DNA of 64,000 nucleotides from a phage: sequence record PZ445454.1; one strand, 5' to 3'. Shown piece by piece: positions 46,859 to 56,544 of this stretch (position 1 is its first letter; each line of letters starts with the position of its first letter). The notes under the pieces were generated by a model. It saw only the letters and a program-made list of their open reading frames with translations, ran no database searches and was not told where the DNA came from. The position numbers and the translations under genes were made by a program.

Positions 46859-46921
46859 ATTACTAATCAACGGGGGATGACCCCCCAACTAAACAAAATC
46901 CTTAAACTAGGAGATTCAAAA
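46859..46921 (+). repeat. conserved intergenic regulatory cassette, type B variant
   Basis: CAACGGGGGATGACCCCCCAACTAAACAAAATCCTTAAACTAGGAGATTCAAAA-ATG. Confidence 0.65.
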
Positions 46922-47170
46922 ATGGCAACTATCCGCGCAACCGTTAACGAATTTGGCTTCTACTCTCTGGATGTTAAATTTGACCTTGTGGGCACTGATA
47001 ACGCCTTTGAAATGGTGAAAGGTCTTATCAGTCAGACCATCAAAGACTATAATCCTTCTGATGAGTTCTGGAAAGAAACAAAACAGGAAGTTCTTAAAGA
47101 TGGTTATTCTTTTCATTATTGGGGTGAAAAAATTGTCTCTCTGTACTACGACAAAGAAGGCACTAACTAA
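46922..47170 (+). CDS. small hypothetical protein (cassette gene 12)
   Basis: ORF track 46877..47170; conserved leader places the start at the internal Met (MATIRATV). Confidence 0.55.
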   Translation: MATIRATVNEFGFYSLDVKFDLVGTDNAFEMVKGLISQTIKDYNPSDEFWKETKQEVLKDGYSFHYWGEKIVSLYYDKEGTN

Positions 47171-48832
47171 ACGCCGCAGCGGGGCTAAATAGCCCCAGAT
47201 ACCTTTACAGCCCCTTTATATATGGATTCAATAGAATCTATCTCATAGGGGCTTTTTTTACGTCTTATCAAATCCCTTATACAAACCTTTCCCTTTCCTT
47301 TCCAGAATCTTATCAGACCTTAAAAAGCAATAACTCTATAGCTTACTCTATAGCCCCTTATCAAATCAACTTAAATATAAGCCCATAACCCGAAAGGGAA
47401 GGGCAACCCCTTAAACGCTCTATAACGCCCTATAACAGCCTTATCAACCTAACTTAATGGATTGCATTACCTCACCCTTAAAAGCCCTTTATAAAGCTTC
47501 CTAGAGCCTTAAAAGAATCTTATAAGGGTATAAGCTTTATTATCTCGTTAGCTATCTTGTGAACTACTAAACAAGCCCCTTGATAGTAACTGAAAAGTAT
47601 GTTATAGGGGCTATAAAGTAGCTTAAAAGTTGCTTAAAAGTTACGTAAATGCTAGCCCCCTTAACATTTTCTTAACAATTTTTTAACAAACCCTACATAG
47701 TTATGCTTTTAAGACACTTGTTAGCAACTTGTTAGCCCCTTGTTAAATCTCTGTTAAAACCATGTAAAAGCTTTGTAAGAGTCTTTGACATAGCCTTTAA
47801 AGCCCCTGTAAAGCCCTATAAAGAGCTTTCTACATAGTTGGGGTGTAATTACTAGGAAGAGGTTTAAAAGAGCTTACAAAGAGCTATAGAGAGCTTTTAA
47901 GAGGGCTATTTAAAGAATCACTAAGAAAGAAAGGGAACGATAAGAAAGAGATAGTGACCATGTTAATAGCTTGTTAAAAAGATTAAACACTTGTTAGAAA
48001 CTTGTTAATTATCTTAACAAAATAACTCTTTAAAATTAACTTGTTAGCTCTTGTTAGCAATCTGTTAAGATTCTGTAAAGTCTATGTAGCACTTGTTAGA
48101 GATTTGTTACACCCTTGTTAGTCCTGTTAAGAAACTGTTAAGACCTTTGAAGAGTTGTTAAGAAGATGTGAGAGCTGTTAAGAGATTGTTAATGATATTT
48201 TAAAATTCTGCAAAGGGGATGTTAAGGGGCTGTTAAGGGCTACCAAGCAGATATACATCTTCTACAGATATTTTTGAGTTCCTTCAAAGACCCTAAAAAA
48301 TGACTTGATAGTCCTATTTTATAAAAATTTTAAAATTCTGAATAATTACCTAGACAGTCTTTTAAAAATACAGGCATAAACAGGCTTATAAGATACCTTG
48401 TTAATACCGTGTTAGACCTTGTGAGATAAGGTCTGTAAAGATATTCCTGTTAAGTTTGTTAAAACAGTCTATATAGAGGCTTAGTAATACCTAGTGAACA
48501 CCTATAGAGGGTAACATAGCTAACATAGAGATTAAGAGGTGTATAGGAGCTTCTAAGAGGCTATAGAGAGATGGTTAAGGTGATTGTATAGGTTGTTAAG
48601 AAGGCTTGTTAGAGGGCTTGTTAGAAGGGTTATACAGAGGGGCTATTAAGACCACTAGATAGTTACTAAGATACTATATAGTACTATATAACTATATAGA
48701 GAGTAAGATTAAGAAGGTTGTTAAGAAGGATAGATATTTTGTTCACATATGATGGTGACCCAGAGGTTGGGACAACCGATAAAATTTTATAAAAATTAAA
48801 AAGCCCCCGATTAAGGAGGCTCTTAAGATATT
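47171..48832. repeat. 1.66 kb ORF-free region dense in short iterated motifs (CCCTTAT/CTATAA type, then about 15-20 copies of YTGTTARN at 10-12 bp spacing, then CTATATA repeats)
   Basis: No ORF of 60 aa or more on either strand; motifs read directly; lies between convergent gene blocks. Confidence 0.75.
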
Positions 48833-49426
48833 TTAAATCAGTGTTTCCAGAACTGTTTTTAGGGATGACTTAGTTGTCTGATAAAAATGAGTGAATCCGT
48901 TGTTGTTATCGAATATCTGCATCATGATATCATCTCCCTTGATTGGGTATACTCGGATATCATAGTGAAACCCATTAAAGACAGCAGAACCATTACAGAA
49001 TACACTAAAATCATCCACTGAGATATACTCTTCATGACCTGTGATTTTTATACAAATACCTTTACTTGGTCTCTTAGGGTTGATATCTTCCATCACAGAC
49101 ATACTCTGTCCACCAAGAGATACCATAGTGACCACTTTACGGTTCTTCTGTCTAAAGTACATTTTAACTTTCTGTAAAGTGTCTTCATAGAACGGATAAG
49201 ACTTCTCTACAAAGATTCCTTCTAATGGCTCTTTACCGTTTACAATACCTCTGGTATGACGTACTGAGAAGATAAGTTGCTCTAGTATGTCAAGGCTTTC
49301 TTCGGAGAGTGCTTCCCGAATATCATTCCAGTCAAGGACTAGGTAGTTGCCTTCAACTTCTTTTAAGTTATCTTTTTTCATATCTATCACACCATTATCG
49401 TAAAACTTGGTAATCTGGGGCTGCAA
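48833..49426 (-). CDS. hypothetical protein
   Basis: 197 aa ORF. Confidence 0.55.
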   Translation of the reverse strand: MQPQITKFYDNGVIDMKKDNLKEVEGNYLVLDWNDIREALSEESLDILEQLIFSVRHTRGIVNGKEPLEGIFVEKSYPFYEDTLQKVKMYFRQKNRKVVTMVSLGGQSMSVMEDINPKRPSKGICIKITGHEEYISVDDFSVFCNGSAVFNGFHYDIRVYPIKGDDIMMQIFDNNNGFTHFYQTTKSSLKTVLETLI

Positions 49427-49859
49427 ACTTGTTGTCTTTGTTTTTAATGAGGTCTTCTTTTGTTACAAAGAATGTAAGCCCACATAAGTGTGTATAGTGG
49501 CTACCATACTCAAATACTTTAAGTAAGTATTCGCCATCATCATAAACATGCTCTACTACACCTTTTGCAACAATCTTTCCAGTCTTGAAATCTTTAAGAG
49601 GGTATACGTTACCAACTTTAGGGACTGTTTTCATCTCAGGTTCTTTTAGTTTCTCACCAACTTCTACATCACCTAGTAAGTGAGAACTTTCAAAAGCTAC
49701 ATATTGCATATAAGCTTCTGAGCATTCCCAGATAAAGCAATGTACAAGAGCCTTAGCAGCATGTCTTGAACAATTCAACTTATCACAAATCTCTTTGTAC
49801 ATTTCATCTTTAGTTGAGTTGTCAAGCATTGCTTTTTGAACGACTTCTTTAATTTTCAT
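49395..49859 (-). CDS. hypothetical protein
   Basis: 154 aa ORF. Confidence 0.55.
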   Translation of the reverse strand: MKIKEVVQKAMLDNSTKDEMYKEICDKLNCSRHAAKALVHCFIWECSEAYMQYVAFESSHLLGDVEVGEKLKEPEMKTVPKVGNVYPLKDFKTGKIVAKGVVEHVYDDGEYLLKVFEYGSHYTHLCGLTFFVTKEDLIKNKDNKFAAPDYQVLR

Positions 49860-49911
49860 TTCGCTACCTTCTAAGTTTCTACAAAGGGGCTATCAAGTAA
49901 CCCCTAAGTTA

Positions 49912-50136
49912 TTACTCAGACTTTTCAGTCTTCTTATCGGATTTCTTACTAGTCTTCTTCTCAGCTTTCTGTTCAAGTTCCTTCTCAGGAGTTGCCTTGA
50001 TAACCATATCAAGAAGCTCTGATAAGTCACTCTTCAGCAAAGTAACAGGCTGCTCGTTGTAGAAGTTTTTGTCAAGATAAACTTTAAACTCTTCTATAGA
50101 AGGAAATCCAAAAATTGGTACAGGTGTCTTAATCAT
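49912..50136 (-). CDS. small hypothetical protein (lysine-rich C-terminus)
   Basis: 74 aa. Confidence 0.45.
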   Translation of the reverse strand: MIKTPVPIFGFPSIEEFKVYLDKNFYNEQPVTLLKSDLSELLDMVIKATPEKELEQKAEKKTSKKSDKKTEKSE

Positions 50137-50212
50137 TACTTAGTCTCTCCATAGGCATCTTTTAAGATTGCCTTGTTAATCATTTCAGCGATTGCAAAAC
50201 GAACACATACAG

Positions 50213-50746
50213 CTATAATTGTAGGTTGCATTCTTTACTTACCTCTTCAAGTTTAACCTCAGAGTCCTTAAGTCGTTTCTTATGAACTCTGAACCTTATT
50301 AGTGAGATGATAATACCAGCTAAAGGAACAGCATACAAGTACCAGATATCATGTACCTTTGTAGTAATCTGTGTAATGGTCAAATCTTGAGCTATGCAGC
50401 TAATTGCTGATACTGCCAGTAACATTGCTAAGAAGAACGCCAGCACCATAACAATACTTAGGCAGCCTCTGGCATGGTGTTCATGCTTAATGCACTTATT
50501 CTTTTCGTCAACAACTCTGTTGTAGTCATTTGCAAAGTCTCTGTAGAAAGCTTTCAAGTATTCTTGAGTGTAGCCTTCAAAGCAACCTGTACCATACCAA
50601 TAATCACCACCAAAATGGGCTATGATACCGGTATCTCCATTTGGTTTCGTCACTCTTAAAGAAGTGTGATGGCGAGTATCCTGAAAATCTATCTTGTATC
50701 TTTCTTCGTAAATCATTTTCCAACCCCTCTCAATCGTTTGTCCCAT
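50213..50746 (-). CDS. membrane protein (two predicted TM helices)
   Basis: 177 aa; hydrophobic segments LSIVMVLAFFLAMLLAVSAI and LYAVPLAGIIISLI. Confidence 0.5.
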   Translation of the reverse strand: MGQTIERGWKMIYEERYKIDFQDTRHHTSLRVTKPNGDTGIIAHFGGDYWYGTGCFEGYTQEYLKAFYRDFANDYNRVVDEKNKCIKHEHHARGCLSIVMVLAFFLAMLLAVSAISCIAQDLTITQITTKVHDIWYLYAVPLAGIIISLIRFRVHKKRLKDSEVKLEEVSKECNLQL

Positions 50747-50931
50747 TCAAGGTCAACAAGTCTTTGCAGGACTTTCCCTCTAGGTGTTACACCTTTTAAA
50801 CCTGCATCATAGCAACGGTAAAAGTCACCTTCAGCGTGTTTACCGTAGCATTTTCTGATATTCTGGCTTCTACGATACTGTTCTAACAGGGAAAGTTTGT
50901 AGTAATCTTCAACTGTAGTTAGTTTTTTCAT
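50713..50931 (-). CDS. small hypothetical protein
   Basis: 72 aa. Confidence 0.4.
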   Translation of the reverse strand: MKKLTTVEDYYKLSLLEQYRRSQNIRKCYGKHAEGDFYRCYDAGLKGVTPRGKVLQRLVDLEWDKRLRGVGK

Positions 50932-51014
50932 TCTTTTACCATGTCTCTTATCTAGAAACTAAAAAGGGAACTACCTCTCGATAGCTCCCATCATAATCAG
51001 TGTTGTATACTCGG

Positions 51015-51596
51015 TCAAGAGTATTTTTTAGGCAGTAATGCGCTACGCTTGTTACTCTCTTCACTCAGCAGTGCGATAAATTCATCACCTTTACCCTTCC
51101 ACGGGCTAAATGTAGGGATGTGTTCTCTGATAGCCTCAATCACTGTTTTCAGGGCATTGTTCTTTAACCACCAATCAGACACTGCTGAAGCTACAATATA
51201 ATAAGCACCATCATCTGTGAAGATTGGCTCAGAGATACATGGTGAAATCATAGTGGTAATGATAGAACCATTATTCATGTAGTATGTTCTTTTTTCAACC
51301 TTGTCAAGAAGCTTATGAAGGTCTGCAAAGAGACTCACAACCTCTTTATGGTCAATATCTTTTTCAAGATTTGCTCTGTACTTTAATAGTGCAGCATCAA
51401 CCTCTTTATCATTGAATTTGAAGTACTGGACTTCTTCATTCACACATACACTGATATTGTTGGTGTTTATCGTCAATTTGCACAGTTTGACTGGAGAATT
51501 GATGTTAGTCTGAAAAAGTGCTACACAGCCTTCGACATTTCCGAAATGTTTTACTAATGTAACTTCTGGTTGGATATGCTCATGTTCTTCTGACAT
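51015..51596 (-). CDS. hypothetical protein
   Basis: 193 aa ORF. Confidence 0.55.
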   Translation of the reverse strand: MSEEHEHIQPEVTLVKHFGNVEGCVALFQTNINSPVKLCKLTINTNNISVCVNEEVQYFKFNDKEVDAALLKYRANLEKDIDHKEVVSLFADLHKLLDKVEKRTYYMNNGSIITTMISPCISEPIFTDDGAYYIVASAVSDWWLKNNALKTVIEAIREHIPTFSPWKGKGDEFIALLSEESNKRSALLPKKYS

Positions 51597-51940
51597 TACA
51601 GTTTCCTCATTAAATACTTTTTAAGTTGTGTGTTAGGTTTCTCAAAAACTTCTATAGAAGATATCTTAACAGACTCACCACGCATACCAGTATGTTTGAA
51701 TATGTAGTACTCTAACATCCCTATGTACTTTGCTGGTAAGTCATGCTTGACATATACCGTCACAGAATCTTCAAACTCAACAACCTTTGTACCATCTTTG
51801 TAGTTAAACTCTTTAGGATGGTTGTAGTTGTCTATGTCATACATTAAAAAGAGTCTTTTACGTTGTAAGTCAAGCTTATTTGTTAAAGACTCTTTGATAT
51901 CTGAGAAGTTTTTGTAAACTGTGACATGGAGCTTACTCAT
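51596..51940 (-). CDS. hypothetical protein
   Basis: 114 aa ORF. Confidence 0.5.
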   Translation of the reverse strand: MSKLHVTVYKNFSDIKESLTNKLDLQRKRLFLMYDIDNYNHPKEFNYKDGTKVVEFEDSVTVYVKHDLPAKYIGMLEYYIFKHTGMRGESVKISSIEVFEKPNTQLKKYLMRKL

Positions 51941-52226
51941 CGTTAAACTCTCTGACGAAGAAATAGTTGACTTTGTTATTACCTACCATAAGGTCAAAGC
52001 AGGTATTCTCAAAAGGCTTGTTGTAGGCATCATATGAAACATATGGGTCAGCTACTTGCTTAGTGCTTAACTTCTTACTTGATGGGTTTAAGAGGCCACC
52101 ATACAGCTTCTTGATAGCCTCTTCTACAACAGACCAGATAATTTCGTCAGTAATTTCTTCGTACAGGTCAAGTTCACGCTCTAGTGAGAAGTCACAAATA
52201 GGGAAAACAACCTGTACTTTACTCAT
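51933..52226 (-). CDS. hypothetical protein
   Basis: 97 aa ORF. Confidence 0.5.
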   Translation of the reverse strand: MSKVQVVFPICDFSLERELDLYEEITDEIIWSVVEEAIKKLYGGLLNPSSKKLSTKQVADPYVSYDAYNKPFENTCFDLMVGNNKVNYFFVREFNDE

Positions 52227-52630
52227 TAACGAATAACCTGTGTGACTTGAATTGCTTCAGTTACAGACAAGTCCCCTACTTTCTCTTCTTTGACAAAGGT
52301 GAAGGTAAGCTCAACAGGCTCTTGCTCTTCTTGCTCTTCTTGCTCAACTGGAACACCATTAAGCTCATCAAAGATTGATTGAGTTGTCCAGTCTTCTCCA
52401 CCATCTGGATAGTGGATTGCGTAAAGAGGGAACTCTAAATTATACCAAGCAAAAACAGGGCAACCATCTGCATCATCTCGGCATCTGTGAAGGCATGTGT
52501 TTGTACCTTCAAAATGCAAATGGAGATTACCATTCTCTTCGAAGAGGAGAGCATCTTGCAGGTCTAGTTCCTCATTTTCGCTGTAACGGCTGACATCAAC
52601 TTTAACGTGAATATGACTATTATTATTCAT
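52226..52630 (-). CDS. hypothetical acidic protein
   Basis: 134 aa; EQEEQEEQE stretch. Confidence 0.5.
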   Translation of the reverse strand: MNNNSHIHVKVDVSRYSENEELDLQDALLFEENGNLHLHFEGTNTCLHRCRDDADGCPVFAWYNLEFPLYAIHYPDGGEDWTTQSIFDELNGVPVEQEEQEEQEPVELTFTFVKEEKVGDLSVTEAIQVTQVIR

Positions 52631-53021
52631 AAAAACCTCTCTCTGCTTGTTCGATTTTTGCTTTTAGAACTTCACACCGTTCTATGTGATATCTGGCCTC
52701 ATTCTCATGTGTTGCCAAAGTCCTTTCAAGAACTGTTTTATAGTAACTCGCAAGCTGCTCTCTTGTCAAGGGGTGTTCTGAAATAATATCAAGGCCGCTT
52801 TCACCCAGAGTATTAAACTGCCCGTGCTCATTTACATGGTAAGTTTCAAACTTGAACAAACCGTTGTTAGCAGATTCAATAGGTGAGAGTTCAGCCAACT
52901 CAACAGTGAACATTGTGTGTACCCTATCACCAACTGTAACAATGTTACTACCAATGATTCTCACCATTGAGCCATTGCGAGTGTACTTAAAAGTCCCAAA
53001 ATCACTAGCCCAAAGCTTCAT
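52623..53021 (-). CDS. hypothetical protein
   Basis: 132 aa ORF. Confidence 0.5.
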   Translation of the reverse strand: MKLWASDFGTFKYTRNGSMVRIIGSNIVTVGDRVHTMFTVELAELSPIESANNGLFKFETYHVNEHGQFNTLGESGLDIISEHPLTREQLASYYKTVLERTLATHENEARYHIERCEVLKAKIEQAERGFYE

Positions 53022-53039
53022 AATTTTCTCCTTAGAAAA

Positions 53040-53063
53040 TAAAAAAGGCTCCCGAAGGAGCCT
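53040..53063 (-). terminator. intrinsic terminator (minus strand)
   Basis: AGGCTCC-CGAA-GGAGCCT hairpin followed by a T-run on the minus strand. Confidence 0.55.
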
Positions 53064-53072
53064 ATGAAGATA

Positions 53073-53537
53073 TTACTTTGGATATACGCTGTCAAGATAA
53101 ATGTCAGCTTCCATTCTACGTCTGTTTTTCAGACCGTTTGAAGTGACCTTCTTACCTTTGACTGTAACCTTGTTCCACCACTGCATAGCTTCTGCACAAC
53201 CTACCTTATTACCAGCATTGTGGCGCTTGATAAATGTAGAATCCTGCATAGCCGTGATACCGATGTTGTATGTTTCACTTACAAGTGCATCGAACTCATT
53301 CTGAGAAGTTGGAACCTTGATAGATTTGTTCACTGCTGCGACAAACTTTTCAACATCTGCAAGAAGATACTGTTCAGCCTGTTCAGCAGTAATTTTCATA
53401 CCCATCTTAACAGGTTTTCCGTCAATACGGATTGTACCATACCCGATTGTTGGGATTCCGGCAGAGTCTTCGTAAGCCTCTAACTTAAGACCTTCAAAGA
53501 ACTTAATGGCTTCTAAACCTTTTCTTGAGAGTTGCAT
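53073..53537 (-). CDS. lysozyme (GH24, T4 e / lambda R type endolysin)
   Basis: 154 aa; catalytic-region motif FEGLKLEAYEDSAGIPTIGYGT. Confidence 0.8.
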   Translation of the reverse strand: MQLSRKGLEAIKFFEGLKLEAYEDSAGIPTIGYGTIRIDGKPVKMGMKITAEQAEQYLLADVEKFVAAVNKSIKVPTSQNEFDALVSETYNIGITAMQDSTFIKRHNAGNKVGCAEAMQWWNKVTVKGKKVTSNGLKNRRRMEADIYLDSVYPK

Positions 53538-54919
53538 TATTCACCTCCTGCTGGATTAACTGTAACTGTTGCCGCATTAGACGTTACCGAACCACCTGCA
53601 CCAGTTACTACACAAGTGTAGCTTCCTGCATCAGCAGCGGTTGCACCTTCTTTGGTGTAAGTTGCAGTAGTTGCGTCTGGGATGTTTTCCTCACCCTTCT
53701 TCCACTGGTAGCCTGTTGCACCTGTTGCCACAACATTCAGCGTTAAGGTCTCACCTTCAGTGATTTCTTGATTGGTTGGCTGTTGAGTGATTACAGGAAG
53801 AGCATTCACAGTTACTACAGCAGCGTCAGAGACTACATCTCCACCTGCGCCAGTTACCGTGCATTTGTAAGACCCAGCATCAGCAGGTGTTACACCAGCT
53901 TTGGTAAAGGTTGCAGATTTTGCTTCCTCAATACTTACGTTATCTTTGCTCCACTGGTAGCCTGTTGCTCCAGTTGCAACGATGTTAAGAGTAAGTGTGC
54001 CACCCTCATTTACTGTTTTTGCAGTTGGCTGTTGAGTGATTACAGGAAGAGCATTCACAGTAACTGTCGCTGCACTAGATGTGACTGAACCACCCGCACC
54101 AGTTACTACACAGGTATATGAGCCTGCATCTGTTGGTAGTGCGCCAGACTTGCTATAGGTAGCTTCTGTAGCTGAAGGGATGTCAGAGCCATCTTTCTTC
54201 CATTGGTAACCTGTTGCACCCGTTGCAGTAACCTCCAAGTTGATATTTCCACCCTCATTGATGGTCTGACTAGAAGGTTGCTGTGTAATCACGGGTAGCG
54301 CATTAACAGTAACTGTTGCCGCATCTGATGTAACACTTGTCCCTGCCTCTCCAGATACAACACAAGTGTATGAACCAGCGTCAGAAGGCACTACAGATTG
54401 TTTTGTATAAGTTGCAGAAGTGGCACTGGAGATGTCCTCACCGCCCTTCTTCCACTGATACCCAGTGGCGTTAGTTGCAATAACGCTTAGGGTAAGCGTG
54501 CCACCCTCATTAACTGTTTGGTTTGTCGGTTGCTGAGTAATTGCTGGTGGCTTAATAGCATCCTTCAGCTTAGCATTCAACATTGAGAACGGCTTAACTC
54601 TTGCCAACCATTCACAATAAACTGTATCAACGTCTTTACCATTGATAATTGCATATTGTAAATCCATGAAGAAGTCAGAAGTTCTCATCTGAGCACCGAT
54701 ACTGTAAAGCAAATCATCACTGAAAGGAACTTTGTAGTCTGGTTTGTAGTCAAACTTCTCAACCTCTGCGATATCAGCTTCAGGCCAATATGAACTATAG
54801 GTAAGTGGTAAAATAGCCTCTTGATATGTTCTAAAATCATATCTCTTACCAGCCTTTACATTTGCAATGAAGCCCTTTACAAATTCTTTGAAGTCTGGAT
54901 AAGTCTTTGCTTTAATCAT
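53537..54919 (-). CDS. protein with four tandem Ig-like repeats (Hoc-like decoration or adhesin candidate)
   Basis: 460 aa; N-terminal ~190 aa domain then four ~80 aa repeats (PVITQQPTNQ...GATGYQWKK...AGSYTCVVTGAGG...VTVN). Confidence 0.7.
   Translation of the reverse strand: MIKAKTYPDFKEFVKGFIANVKAGKRYDFRTYQEAILPLTYSSYWPEADIAEVEKFDYKPDYKVPFSDDLLYSIGAQMRTSDFFMDLQYAIINGKDVDTVYCEWLARVKPFSMLNAKLKDAIKPPAITQQPTNQTVNEGGTLTLSVIATNATGYQWKKGGEDISSATSATYTKQSVVPSDAGSYTCVVSGEAGTSVTSDAATVTVNALPVITQQPSSQTINEGGNINLEVTATGATGYQWKKDGSDIPSATEATYSKSGALPTDAGSYTCVVTGAGGSVTSSAATVTVNALPVITQQPTAKTVNEGGTLTLNIVATGATGYQWSKDNVSIEEAKSATFTKAGVTPADAGSYKCTVTGAGGDVVSDAAVVTVNALPVITQQPTNQEITEGETLTLNVVATGATGYQWKKGEENIPDATTATYTKEGATAADAGSYTCVVTGAGGSVTSNAATVTVNPAGGE
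53560..54540. repeat. four tandem ~240 bp coding repeats (the Ig-like domains of 53537..54919)
   Basis: Repeat visible at DNA and protein level. Confidence 0.75.
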
Positions 54920-55287
54920 TTCTTTTTAGCCTCTAAACGTGCGTTTAATCTGAAATAGCCTTTATGTTGTGGAGATACATCACCAACAACAATACCTTCA
55001 ACTTTATAACCCTTACCAATTACATACTGGATATCCATAAGAAACGTACCAAGCCCAACAATGTGGAACATTGGGTATAGTAACTTATCTGAATCTGGGA
55101 GTTTAATGTCTGGGTTATAGGTAGGTTGCTCGGCAGTTGGTGTAATATCCTCTTCAGGCCATCTACTCATTCTCCATGTTAAAGGTGATGAAATAACATC
55201 GTTAAGATTGTATTTTTCACCATTCTCCACGGAGCGGATATAGGATTGTAGGAAGCAATAAAAGTCTTTTGCACTCTTAGCCTTCAT
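54916..55287 (-). CDS. paralogue of the N-terminal domain of the Ig-like repeat protein
   Basis: 123 aa; aligns by eye with residues 1-120 of the 460 aa protein (KAK..DF..F...YI..V..G.RY, WPE.DI, LLY, FFMDLQYAI). Confidence 0.6.
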   Translation of the reverse strand: MKAKSAKDFYCFLQSYIRSVENGEKYNLNDVISSPLTWRMSRWPEEDITPTAEQPTYNPDIKLPDSDKLLYPMFHIVGLGTFLMDIQYVIGKGYKVEGIVVGDVSPQHKGYFRLNARLEAKKK

Positions 55288-55334
55288 TAAATATCCTTAT
55301 AAATAGATAAAGGGGCGTTAGCCCCTGTTTACAC

Positions 55335-55925
55335 TTAAGCTTTGGTCTTAAGTAGGTTCTTAAGCTTTTTGAGATTCATGCTCTCATCAAACTTAAAACC
55401 AAATCCATTGACATAATCAATGAACTCGGATTTCTTACTAAGTGATAGTGCGTAACTCATATCGAAGTTATTACTTGTTTCTGCGTCTGGACTAGAGTTC
55501 ACATCAAATGAAATTTCTGTAGGTTCTTGTTTGCTGCTTCCCATATTATCAATCAATAGACAGGTATAGTTTGCCGGATAGAAGTTAACACTCCCATCAA
55601 CATACCCATACTTATTATTGTGAATGAGGCTGGAAAATACCTTAAGAAATGTTTCTGCGTCGTGGCATACAAGTTTGAATTGACTGCATTCACCAAGAGC
55701 CACTAAAGAGTAAGGGCTTTCACTATCAATGTCATAATTCGGATTTGATGTTGTAACCGTCACACGCATCAGGTTATTGGCGATAGTCTTCTGCTTAAAA
55801 GAATTTGGAACATAGTGAAGACCTCTGTCACACTGATTAACTAACTCTTTCAATAGGTCGTTTGCATATGGTGAATTAATTGATACAGAGCCATCACTAT
55901 TGTAATTAAAACTTACTGTTAACAT
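55335..55925 (-). CDS. hypothetical protein
   Basis: 196 aa ORF. Confidence 0.55.
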   Translation of the reverse strand: MLTVSFNYNSDGSVSINSPYANDLLKELVNQCDRGLHYVPNSFKQKTIANNLMRVTVTTSNPNYDIDSESPYSLVALGECSQFKLVCHDAETFLKVFSSLIHNNKYGYVDGSVNFYPANYTCLLIDNMGSSKQEPTEISFDVNSSPDAETSNNFDMSYALSLSKKSEFIDYVNGFGFKFDESMNLKKLKNLLKTKA

Positions 55926-56152
55926 TTTTCAGTTCTCCTGCGATTTATAATTTTGCTGCAATAGAGAAACGAAGTAAACTCACTGGAAGAAACCATTAAG
56001 TGTTGTTCACTAGATTGAGCCATTGCCCTGAAATACATTCCAGTCAAAGCATCATAGTGACTATTCTTTCCAATTGAGGTTATATAGCCATGACTCTTTG
56101 CAGTTTGATATAAATCTATAATATCTGCGATTTCTAATTGGGAACTACACAT
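55919..56152 (-). CDS. small hypothetical protein
   Basis: 77 aa. Confidence 0.4.
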   Translation of the reverse strand: MCSSQLEIADIIDLYQTAKSHGYITSIGKNSHYDALTGMYFRAMAQSSEQHLMVSSSEFTSFLYCSKIINRRRTEKC

Positions 56153-56316
56153 AGATAATCCTCTTGTCTTCTGTAATTTTGAAAGAACAGGTACAGACCA
56201 ATTTCAGAGGATGAATAGTAGAGTAACTCTACCCTTTTTGATTCCTTACAGTGATTGGTATTTTTACCTTTCTTCGGGTTATTTGATTTTCTCATTAAGT
56301 CTCCTTTGTAGAACAA
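56134..56316 (-). CDS. small basic hypothetical protein
   Basis: 60 aa, first gene of the minus-strand block. Confidence 0.3.
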   Translation of the reverse strand: MFYKGDLMRKSNNPKKGKNTNHCKESKRVELLYYSSSEIGLYLFFQNYRRQEDYLCVVPN

Positions 56317-56394
56317 GGCAGACCTACAGCTTTAAGTAAGATGGTACAGTAATCCATACAACAAGTCAAGAACTATTACAAGTTAAAAAAGTTG

Positions 56395-56423
56395 TTGACA
56401 AAGTACTTGACAAGGTGTAGGCT
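56395..56423 (+). promoter_or_regulatory. candidate promoter with tandem TTGACA boxes in a divergent intergenic region
   Basis: TTGACAAAGTACTTGACAAGGTGT, near-identical to the element at 10183-10206. Confidence 0.4.
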
Positions 56424-56544
56424 TATAAATACTTAGAAGATAACTTAAAAGGTTCCTCTAAAAAGGCTATTTAAACAGATATCTTTCTGGATATCTATCT
56501 TTTATCTTAAAAGCCTTTTAAGAGGTCTTATAAGAGGCATACCA

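Noticed and set aside
41240-47170. Repeat-spacer pattern that superficially resembles a CRISPR array
   Set aside because: Repeats are ~90 bp, spacers are 200-550 bp and each encodes an ORF with RBS and start codon inside the conserved element; this is a gene cassette array, not CRISPR
48833-49426. Possible calcineurin-like phosphoesterase from an ITGHEE segment
   Set aside because: The canonical GDxHG/GNHE metallophosphatase motifs are not present; not supported
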